Assembly: GCA_014860575.1 (NCBI GenBank)
Contig: JACZJK010000016.1
Coordinates: 281,935 to 345,934 of the forward strand
Origin: Bacteroidales bacterium
GTDB lineage: Bacteria; Bacteroidota; Bacteroidia; Bacteroidales; JAAYJT01
Reading direction: 5' to 3'
Length of the DNA: 64,000 bases
Below, piece after piece: positions 36,139-44,362 of this stretch (within the stretch, counting starts at the first letter, position 1; each line of letters opens with the position of its first letter). A program made the translations under genes and the position numbers. A model generated the notes under the pieces. The model made no database searches and was not told where the DNA came from. It saw only the letters and a list, made by a program, of their open reading frames with translations.

Positions 36139-37081
36139 GGCTTAACACTTTAATGGTTGATAAATATAGGTCTTTTCTTTCAGTTTCCGGAAACCGTTCA
36201 CGAACTTTTTCAACAATGGCTATCCAGCTTTGGCCGGCGGCTATTAGTTCTTCTTCAATATGCGACAATGAATCGCCCGGTTCTATTTTGCGAACCTTAT
36301 CCAGATTTGTCATCTTGATGGTTCCAGACTGCGTTATTCCGCAAAAGCAATCGCGCATCGCAATCAAGGCCTTAGCGACCAGGTTTTCCGAAAGGTCCTT
36401 TTTATAAGTTTCGGCAAGTTCTTTCCACGTACCGCCTGCTGAGTTGAAGGTGTTGATGGTTTCATCTGGTGGGGCATCCTCGCTGGCATACATAAGTATA
36501 TCGCATGAACCTGTGTTGATTGTGGAAGTGTACAACACATTAGCCTGCCGCCTTACTTTGCCAGTGTCTGCTTGAATAAACCCAAGTAACAATGAGTTGG
36601 CAGTAACGCTGTCAAGTCCGATGGCGAGGTATTCCTTTTTCTTATCCAGCAAAGAAGGTGCAAATGGTTCGCTTGAGCGGATATAGATACCGAGAATGAT
36701 GCCGGCTACCGCAAACAGGCCAAAAGCACCAATCCGAAAACTTTTTAGAGCATCCAGGTATTTTTCATTCAGACCCAGGAACACCGCCAGCAGTGAAGAA
36801 ATGGTTGCTATTACACCGCTTACTACCGGCGAAATAGACAAGCCCAGCAAAACACCGAGCAACAACCCGATTCCAAGGCCATTAAAAATTGCCGACACTA
36901 CATTCAGCCGGGTTATTTTTGGTGGTGAGGTTGTAAGATGATCAGGATTATCTGTTGGAGACTGGATTAATGGTTCAGTTTCCGGAGTTTGGTCAACACC
37001 ATCGTTTGGATTAAAATTATCCATAACCGAAGTTTTAAGGTTTTTAAAGAAGCGGACTAAATTGGAAGAAAGCAATTTCAT
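36131..37081 (-). CDS. membrane protein of unknown function (disordered N-terminus, ~3 TM helices, soluble C-terminal domain)
   Basis: Gly/Leu-rich helices GLGIGLLLGVLLGLSISPVVSGVIATISSLLAVFLGL and IGAFGLFAVAGIILGIYI. Its stop overlaps the protease ATG by 8 nt (ATGATTAG). Confidence 0.5.
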   Translation of the reverse strand: MKLLSSNLVRFFKNLKTSVMDNFNPNDGVDQTPETEPLIQSPTDNPDHLTTSPPKITRLNVVSAIFNGLGIGLLLGVLLGLSISPVVSGVIATISSLLAVFLGLNEKYLDALKSFRIGAFGLFAVAGIILGIYIRSSEPFAPSLLDKKKEYLAIGLDSVTANSLLLGFIQADTGKVRRQANVLYTSTINTGSCDILMYASEDAPPDETINTFNSAGGTWKELAETYKKDLSENLVAKALIAMRDCFCGITQSGTIKMTNLDKVRKIEPGDSLSHIEEELIAAGQSWIAIVEKVRERFPETERKDLYLSTIKVLSHD

Positions 37082-37214
37082 TCCATTGTTGGTTATAGTG
37101 AACAGAAATCAATGAAAAGCAAGAATTCTATTTAAAACAACGCTGGATTAGTTTTGTTCCAAATGAATTGATTGAGAGTGAAATAAATTTGCGGAATCTT
37201 AAATGGAATTAAAA

Positions 37215-39185
37215 TTATGCTATTCCTTCAACAAAATACATATCAATGGGGCCTTTGTATTTGGCTTCGATTTTGCCGCGGTACGCACATTTGAACCGGT
37301 TGTGAACCTTCTCGTATGTCATCTGTGAGACGTTTATCTTGCCCTCTTCTCCGCTTGATTCCATGCGTGAAGCTATGTTCACCGTATCGCCCCATATATC
37401 GTACTGGAACTTCCTGATGCCAACAATACCAGCAACCACGGGGCCTGTATGTATTCCCAGGCGCAGCTCGAAGTAAGGTTTATTCTCGTTTATTTTATGC
37501 TTTTTGAGCTCAAGCATGAATTTTTGTATTTCCAGCGCGGCAAACACAACATCCACAGGATTTGTAGTATTGGGAACCGGCAACCCTCCTGCGCACATAT
37601 AGGAATCGCCGATGGTTTTGATTTTTTCGACGCCGTACCTGGCGATGATTTGGTCAAATGCCTTGAAGCAATGATCAATCTCACTCACGAGTTCCTGTGC
37701 CGAAACAACTTCCGCCATTTTTGTGAACCCCTTAAAATCGGTAAACATTACTGTTACCATATCGAAATTTCGGGCCTGGGAAGTTCCGGTATTTTTCAGT
37801 TCTTCGGCAGTTTCTGCAGGTAAAATATTCAGCAGCAAATCGTCAGAACGCGATTTTTCGTAATTGATGATCTTGTTTTTCTCTGCAAGTTCGTTTCGGG
37901 TTCTCCTCACATAGCGGTACCTGCTGAATATCCCAATAGCAATAAGAAGGAGTAAAGCCCCTACAATGGCAAAGGAATTGCGTATAATTTTCTGCCTTCT
38001 TATACTGAGCTTCTGTATTTCAGCATCTTTTGTAAGCAATTGAATTTCCTGTTGTTTCCTCTCGGTTTCGAATTCCTTTAACTTTTGAACGGCATTGTCT
38101 TTTTCAATGGTCATGATGGAATCCTTGATGGCCAGGTACTTTTGGTTATACTGAAATGCCTGCCTGAAATCATTTAACTCAGCATAAAGCCGGGCTTTGT
38201 CCTCATAAATTTTCATCAGATAATATCGCGCCCCAAGCCTTATGGCTATCGGTTCGGACTGCTCATAAAAACCCAGGGCTTTTGCCGGCTGGCCCAGGTT
38301 GCTGTAGATTTGAGCCATGCCGTTCAGCGCACTAATGATTCCGAGTTCATCATTGATCTCACGGGAAAGTGAAAGCGCCCTTTCTTCAAACATCAAGGCC
38401 GTTTTAAAATCTGAAAGCCCCATATGAGCCAGTGCGAAATTATGCAGGGCCATAGAGTAATCATATCGGTTATTGACGGTATCAATCAGCTTGAAAGATT
38501 TGGTGAAAAACTCCAACGCTTTTTCATGTTGCTCCAGGCCATGATAAAGAAGGCCAATGTTTCCGTAATTATAGGCAAGCCTTTTCAGGTCAGCACGGTT
38601 CTCATTGATTGCAGCGGCTTTAAGGTAATATTCAAGCGACTGGTCAATAAATCTCAGTTCAGAATATCGTGAACCAAGATTATTATAAATTTTGGCCAAT
38701 TGTGCGCTATCACCACTGGCTTCGAAAATATCCCTGGCCTTCAAGGTATAGTTGATTGATTCTTCAAGACGGCCCTGAACCGACAGCGCTATACTGTAAT
38801 TATTGTAAAGCTCACCCATCAGGCCCTGGAGATCATGCTTTTCTGCTATCACAAGTCCCTGGTCATACATCATAAATGCCGAATCGTACAAACCCTTGAG
38901 ATCGTATGAAATCCCTGCGAGAAGAAACAAACGTGCAGTATGGGTTGAATCTCCGAATTCCTTTGCAAGCGGTATCGTCCTTTGAATTTGAGCACAGGCA
39001 TGCTCGGGATCACTGAAGAGGTTTTGATTGATTTCGTCAATCAGCAAGGGAAAAAGAGACTTGTTTCCAGGTTGGCTTTCAAGGATAGAAAGAATGCTGT
39101 CGGCGTTTGATTTAAATTCCACGGAAACAGCAACCTGAAAGCCCGCGAACAGGCATAAAAAGAATGCAATAGTGGTAGTTTTCAT
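37215..39185 (-). CDS. class III adenylate/guanylate cyclase with periplasmic TPR array
   Basis: Signal peptide, about 8 TPR-like repeats, a coiled coil, one TM helix (AIVGALLLLIAIGIF), and a C-terminal CYCc domain (VTVMFTDFKGFT...KTIGDSYMCAGG...GIHTGPVVAGIVG...WGDTVNIASRMES). Confidence 0.88.
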   Translation of the reverse strand: MKTTTIAFFLCLFAGFQVAVSVEFKSNADSILSILESQPGNKSLFPLLIDEINQNLFSDPEHACAQIQRTIPLAKEFGDSTHTARLFLLAGISYDLKGLYDSAFMMYDQGLVIAEKHDLQGLMGELYNNYSIALSVQGRLEESINYTLKARDIFEASGDSAQLAKIYNNLGSRYSELRFIDQSLEYYLKAAAINENRADLKRLAYNYGNIGLLYHGLEQHEKALEFFTKSFKLIDTVNNRYDYSMALHNFALAHMGLSDFKTALMFEERALSLSREINDELGIISALNGMAQIYSNLGQPAKALGFYEQSEPIAIRLGARYYLMKIYEDKARLYAELNDFRQAFQYNQKYLAIKDSIMTIEKDNAVQKLKEFETERKQQEIQLLTKDAEIQKLSIRRQKIIRNSFAIVGALLLLIAIGIFSRYRYVRRTRNELAEKNKIINYEKSRSDDLLLNILPAETAEELKNTGTSQARNFDMVTVMFTDFKGFTKMAEVVSAQELVSEIDHCFKAFDQIIARYGVEKIKTIGDSYMCAGGLPVPNTTNPVDVVFAALEIQKFMLELKKHKINENKPYFELRLGIHTGPVVAGIVGIRKFQYDIWGDTVNIASRMESSGEEGKINVSQMTYEKVHNRFKCAYRGKIEAKYKGPIDMYFVEGIA

Positions 39186-39415
39186 CTTATGGCCGAAGTT
39201 TTTTGATAATGACAGGTTAGGGTTAACTTGAAAACATCTAGAGTTAATGATCAGATTTTCCTTTTACCCATAACAGCCAGCGAGAAATTACTGATCTGTT
39301 GTATGGATGAACAAAACTAGTTAATTTATGTTTAATGGCCTAATAATCATAGTTTTTGCCATTTTATTTCGAGGCAGAAATCCAAAAGAACTTAAAATCA
39401 CTAAATCAAGTAATT

Positions 39416-39988
39416 ATGAGCAGTTTTACAAATGAGACCGAAGCGCAATACAAGGCCAGGATTGAAGAGGAGCGCAAGAAGCTGAATCAGGCAATGACCG
39501 ACGAGGCAAGATCTCCGCTTTCGCGCGATCAGATTCAACGTTTTAAGGGTTTAAGCTATTACCCGGTTGACACGAGGTTTAAAATCCACGCCAATCTAAG
39601 AAAGGATGAAGAAACCAGCACTCCGCTTCCCATGACAGATGGTTCAAAACAGGACTTCATAAGATACGGCTCGGCATCGTTCAACCTTGATGACGATGAG
39701 ATAACACTTGAAGTATATAGAGATAAGAACCTGCCGGAATTGAGTGACCGGCCCGGCCGATTATTCATTCCTTTTCGCGACAATACCGCTGAAGCTGAAA
39801 CCAGTGAAACCGGCAGGTTTATAGCCTTTGATGAACCAGAAAAAGAAGATGTGGTGGAATTGGATTTCAACAGGGCATACAATACGTATAATGGGCTAAA
39901 CAGGTCACATCGCAGCATGATGGCTCCTGACGCAAATACCCCCAAGGTTAACTTTTCAGTTGGTCAGCGCAAATTTGAAGACAGGTAG
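39416..39988 (+). CDS. DUF1684-like protein
   Basis: GLSYYPVDTRFKI...GRFIAFDE...LDFNRAYN pattern, a memory-based family call. I prefer ATG 39416 over the listed TTG 39356. Confidence 0.55.
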   Translation: MSSFTNETEAQYKARIEEERKKLNQAMTDEARSPLSRDQIQRFKGLSYYPVDTRFKIHANLRKDEETSTPLPMTDGSKQDFIRYGSASFNLDDDEITLEVYRDKNLPELSDRPGRLFIPFRDNTAEAETSETGRFIAFDEPEKEDVVELDFNRAYNTYNGLNRSHRSMMAPDANTPKVNFSVGQRKFEDR

Positions 39989-40008
39989 TGCAGTGAATCA
40001 GGCCATGA

Positions 40009-42171
40009 TTATTGCCTGATCAACTTTTTCATCTTGCCACTTCTGTTCTCGTTTAGTAATCTGTAGAAATACAATCCTTTGCCTGGGGCAGCAAAGGTGA
40101 TTTGTTGCTGTTGGCTCGTAATGCTTCGTTGTATGATAAGCCTGCCTGCCGGATCGTAAACTTCAAGTATTACTGGTTGACCGTTCCATGCGTCGCCCAC
40201 ATCAATGGTAAAGTTATCTGAGAACGGGTTCGGATAAATAAAACCCGGGAAAATTTCATTTGTTCTTACAATTTCTTCGATCCCAACCACCCCGCCTGTG
40301 AATGTTTCCAGGGCAAGGCCTTTTTCGCCAAAAACAAAACCGTGCAAATTATTTTGAAACCAAATGCCTGTTAACGTCGTTGTTGCCGGAACTTCGATTG
40401 CATTCCAGGTAAAACCTCCGTCAATAGTTTTAAGCATGGTTTCATAATGGCCGGAACCTGCGGTATAACCTACATCAGGAGAAGAGAAAAAGATGCTCCT
40501 AAATTCCACCGGGTTCGAATTATTTAATGCAGCCTGGTTCCAGTTTATGCCCTGATGATCCGACCAGTATATGGCCTCGCCAAATGCGATAAAAATCTTC
40601 CCGTCATCTTTCATAAAAGCATCTGTCACCGGGGTAGCATTTGAAATTCCTCGCTCAGTCCAGGATAAACCGCCATCGTCACTTAAAATCAATGAGTATT
40701 CCCCGATAATAATAATATCGTCTGCTGATTGATAGAGTATCCGGAAATAATTATCAGAACCGGTATAAACATTTTGCCAGTTTTCACCTGCGTTGATTGT
40801 TTTGTAAACTTTGTTCTGGCCTGCCACAAAACCCATCTGAGAGCTAAAAAATTTAACCTCCATGGGCGTGAAGCTATCGGCAATTCCAACTGTTTCCCAG
40901 GTGGATCCTCCATCATCGGTTTTCCACAACGTAGCAATGCTCCAACCGGAAACAATATATCCATGACTTTCATCAGGGAAATGAAATGCAGGCGGGAACT
41001 CAAAAAGCTCAATGGAGCTTACTGCCTGCCATGTGACACCACCATCAATGGTTTTATGAATTTCCCAGAAAATGACCCCAAACAACTCATTTAAAAATGT
41101 GATGTAGCCGGTACTCTCATTTATAAATTGCACCTGAACTATGCTGCCTTTGAATACCTTCTCATAAAGAGGTGACCAGGAAATTCCATGATCCTCGGTT
41201 CGGAATATCAGGCCTTTGCTGCCGGCAGCGAATGCAGTGACCGGATCATAGAAAAACAATGCCCTGTCGGTCCACATGGAATATTCGGGCAGGGTGGCCG
41301 GTGTCCAGTTTGAGCCGCCGTCGAGTGTATAATAAATCTTGCTTTCATACATGTGCGATCCGTAAAGGACCATGCCCATCTGGGGATCGGAAAATGCAAT
41401 CTTTCCTGTGTACATGGCATCGGCCTGGAAACTTAATTGCCATGTATTGCCTCCGTCAACGGTTTTATAAATCATGCCCATCATATCGCTATGATTTCCG
41501 TAGAGATATCCGGTGGTTTCATTCACGAAATCGAACGACAGCATTTGTGTGATTTCGAGCGGTGGGTTAAACGCGGGCGTCGCCCAGGTGTTTCCGCCAT
41601 CAATTGTAGTGAGAAGATAATCTGTAGAAGAGGTAAGAATAACACCTTTCTGGTCGGTTACAAATCTAATTTCTTTCAGGTGTGAAGAAACGCCGCTAAA
41701 CAATGTGATCCAATCGTCGCCGCCATTGCCTGTTTTCAGTATCAGGCCGTTATCGCCACATACAATTCCATGGTTCGCATTGAAAAAGTGAATGTCGTTC
41801 AACGAACTTTCAGGCGATGTTGTGTGAACCACACTCCATTGACTGCCCCCATCCGTTGTTCGAAGGATCTGACCATCAGCGGTGGTGATAAAACCAAGTA
41901 AGGCATCTGTGAAAATCACGCTTTTTAAAATTGCGAAATTGTTTAATCCTGCCGGGTTGCAATTCACATCCCAGCTCTCGCCCAGATTTTCTGAAATCAT
42001 TACTGTTGAGCCTTCGCCAACGGCAACAATTATTTCTGTTCCCGGAATCCGGGCAATATCATTGATTGCGTTTTCCTGGGGTAGGTTAACGATGCGGTTC
42101 CATGCTTGCTGGGCTTCCAATAATTGCGGAAGCAGGGCAGCAAAAATTGTAAAGACATAAATTTTTCTCAT
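40009..42171 (-). CDS. Asp-box (BNR/sortilin/Ycf48-like) tandem beta-propeller protein with T9SS CTD, paralogue 1
   Basis: Signal peptide. About 13 [ST]xDxGx[TS]W motifs spaced ~45 aa apart (TTDGGSQW, TIDGGNTW, TVDGGNTW, TLDGGSNW...). C-terminal IYPNPFSDNFTI...GLYFYRL...KKLI. Confidence 0.8.
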   Translation of the reverse strand: MRKIYVFTIFAALLPQLLEAQQAWNRIVNLPQENAINDIARIPGTEIIVAVGEGSTVMISENLGESWDVNCNPAGLNNFAILKSVIFTDALLGFITTADGQILRTTDGGSQWSVVHTTSPESSLNDIHFFNANHGIVCGDNGLILKTGNGGDDWITLFSGVSSHLKEIRFVTDQKGVILTSSTDYLLTTIDGGNTWATPAFNPPLEITQMLSFDFVNETTGYLYGNHSDMMGMIYKTVDGGNTWQLSFQADAMYTGKIAFSDPQMGMVLYGSHMYESKIYYTLDGGSNWTPATLPEYSMWTDRALFFYDPVTAFAAGSKGLIFRTEDHGISWSPLYEKVFKGSIVQVQFINESTGYITFLNELFGVIFWEIHKTIDGGVTWQAVSSIELFEFPPAFHFPDESHGYIVSGWSIATLWKTDDGGSTWETVGIADSFTPMEVKFFSSQMGFVAGQNKVYKTINAGENWQNVYTGSDNYFRILYQSADDIIIIGEYSLILSDDGGLSWTERGISNATPVTDAFMKDDGKIFIAFGEAIYWSDHQGINWNQAALNNSNPVEFRSIFFSSPDVGYTAGSGHYETMLKTIDGGFTWNAIEVPATTTLTGIWFQNNLHGFVFGEKGLALETFTGGVVGIEEIVRTNEIFPGFIYPNPFSDNFTIDVGDAWNGQPVILEVYDPAGRLIIQRSITSQQQQITFAAPGKGLYFYRLLNENRSGKMKKLIRQ

Positions 42172-42176
42172 GGCAA

Positions 42177-44357
42177 TTAATATTTGATCAGTTTTGTTGT
42201 TTGACCAGGCCAGGTTTGGGTTCGCAGGCGCAATAAATAAATTCCCTGAGGCATGTTTTCAGTTGAGATAGTATGAGATTGGTTCTGATCAGTGATTTCA
42301 CCAGACATGATAAGTTTCCCGGCCATGGAAAAGATTTCAAATTCCATGGTGCCTAAATGATCCTGGGTTAACGGTTCAATGGTAGTTAAATTTGTGAAAG
42401 GGTTTGGGTAAATATTAAAATACACGTTAGCATTAGCCTGAATGGGAGTATCAACTCCAACCAAACCTCCGGTATGCGTTTCGAGCACCATGCCCAGTTT
42501 CCCGAATGCAAAGCCATGTAAATCATCCAGGAAATAAACACTGTTCAATGGCGAAGTAGCCGGAATTTCAAGTGCATTCCAGGTAAGGCCGCCATCAATA
42601 GTTTTAAGCATGGTTTCAAAATTGCCATGGCCGGCGGCATAACCAATAGCGTGCGAAGAGAAAAACAGGCTTTTGAATTCTATTGGATTTGAACTTTCCA
42701 ACACGCTGGCGTTCCAGGTGAGGCCCAAATCGTTTGACCAGGAAATGTCATCACCAAATGCGATGAAAATCGTTCCGTCTTCTTTCATCCATGCATCGTT
42801 TACCGGCCAGGCATTGTTGATTCCCCGCGCCGTCCACGATGAACCGTTATCGCTGCTGAAAATCAAAGAATGTTCACCAATGATCACAACATCATCAGCG
42901 GATTGATAAAATATTCTTAAATAATTGGCAGACCCTGTGTACACAACATCCCAGGTATTGCCGCCATCAATGGTTTTGATAATTTTATCCCCGGCAATGA
43001 AACCCGATTGCAGATCATAAAACCTGATATCAGCAGGCATAATGAAACCTTTTGTGAAAGTTATTTCTTCCCATTTTTCCCCGCAATCATTTGTTCGGTA
43101 AAAAGTGAATACATCATAATATAAATGAGCGGACGCAGCGAAGCCGTTTGTTTCATCCGGGAAATGAAAACAACCTCCATCCCCCCACAGGGTCCTGTTG
43201 ATTTCCCAGCTTTGTCCTGCGTCACTTGTTTTCCATAAATTTTTCCCGGCTACGCCCCTCAATTCATGGCTATCAGTGGCGAAACCAATTGATGGATTAA
43301 CGAACTGCACATTTTCAACCGGGAATTCAAATGTGTTCTGCGAAAGTTGCATCCAATTTATACCTCCATTATTGGATTTTATCAACAAACTGCAGTATCC
43401 GGCAGCTAATGCAATGTCAGGAGAAATATACAAGGCTGAGTTGATATCAAACCAGTAAAATTGCGCTGGTATTTGAGTGCTTTGCCATGTGCTGCCTCCA
43501 TCAGAAGTATAGCAGATGCCCAGTTCCAACCAGCGATGGAAAGTGATAAAACCATGCATTTCATCTGCGAACGCCATACTTCCCTGGTTAACACCGGCTT
43601 CATCCAGTACTTCGATCCATGTTATACCGGCATCGGTGGTTTTATAAACTTTGCCATAGGAGTCAGACATAGAAGAATGTTGTCCAAAAATGAATCCTGT
43701 AGTATCGTTCACGAATTGCAAATCATACATCTCTGAAACATCTAAAGCTGGTGATAATGTTTTGGCCTGCCAGGTTTCACCGGCATCAATTGTTTCAAGT
43801 AAATATTCTTCCGATCCGGTGAGGATAAAACCCTTGGTATCTGAAATAAATTCAATTTCCAGCAGGTGTTCAATTACTGATGAACTTAGATAATCCCAGG
43901 TTTGACCGGCATCGGTTGTTTTAATAATCCAGCCATGATTGCCACAGGCATAGCCAAGGTTGTTATCAATAAAATGAAAATCGTTGAATGAAATGGCAGG
44001 CACGCCGGAATACACCTGCGTCCATGAGCTTCCGCCATTCGTGGTTTTTAGGATCAAAGCGTTTGAAGTTGAAATAAAACCGGTGTTGGCATTTAAAAAG
44101 TACACACTTTTAAGGTTCGCATAATTATTCAAACCGGCAGGATTAAATTGTAACTCCCAATTCTCCCCCATATCTGTAGAATACATTACTGTTGAACCCG
44201 CGCAAACGGCAACAAGCTTATTTGTTCCCGGAATAAGCATCATATCGTTGATGGTGTTTTCCTGGGGCAGATTTACAATATGGTTCCAGGCTTGCTGGGC
44301 TTCCAATAATTGGGGAAGCATTACAGCGAAAATTATAAAAACATAAATTTTTCTCAT
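42177..44357 (-). CDS. Asp-box tandem beta-propeller protein with T9SS CTD, paralogue 2
   Basis: Same architecture as paralogue 1. Its stop lies 5 nt upstream of the paralogue-1 ATG. CTD is IYPNPFTNLTTI...GIYLLRL...KLIKY. Confidence 0.8.
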   Translation of the reverse strand: MRKIYVFIIFAVMLPQLLEAQQAWNHIVNLPQENTINDMMLIPGTNKLVAVCAGSTVMYSTDMGENWELQFNPAGLNNYANLKSVYFLNANTGFISTSNALILKTTNGGSSWTQVYSGVPAISFNDFHFIDNNLGYACGNHGWIIKTTDAGQTWDYLSSSVIEHLLEIEFISDTKGFILTGSEEYLLETIDAGETWQAKTLSPALDVSEMYDLQFVNDTTGFIFGQHSSMSDSYGKVYKTTDAGITWIEVLDEAGVNQGSMAFADEMHGFITFHRWLELGICYTSDGGSTWQSTQIPAQFYWFDINSALYISPDIALAAGYCSLLIKSNNGGINWMQLSQNTFEFPVENVQFVNPSIGFATDSHELRGVAGKNLWKTSDAGQSWEINRTLWGDGGCFHFPDETNGFAASAHLYYDVFTFYRTNDCGEKWEEITFTKGFIMPADIRFYDLQSGFIAGDKIIKTIDGGNTWDVVYTGSANYLRIFYQSADDVVIIGEHSLIFSSDNGSSWTARGINNAWPVNDAWMKEDGTIFIAFGDDISWSNDLGLTWNASVLESSNPIEFKSLFFSSHAIGYAAGHGNFETMLKTIDGGLTWNALEIPATSPLNSVYFLDDLHGFAFGKLGMVLETHTGGLVGVDTPIQANANVYFNIYPNPFTNLTTIEPLTQDHLGTMEFEIFSMAGKLIMSGEITDQNQSHTISTENMPQGIYLLRLRTQTWPGQTTKLIKY

Positions 44358-44362
44358 GGCAA

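Noticed and set aside
39870-39988. The DUF1684-like protein seems to lack the paired Cys/Pro motif I remember at the family's C-terminus (here ..AYNTYNGLNRSHRSMMAPDANTPKV..).
   Set aside because: My recollection of the consensus is not reliable enough. No alternative frame restores such a motif, so I cannot call it a pseudogene or a variant.
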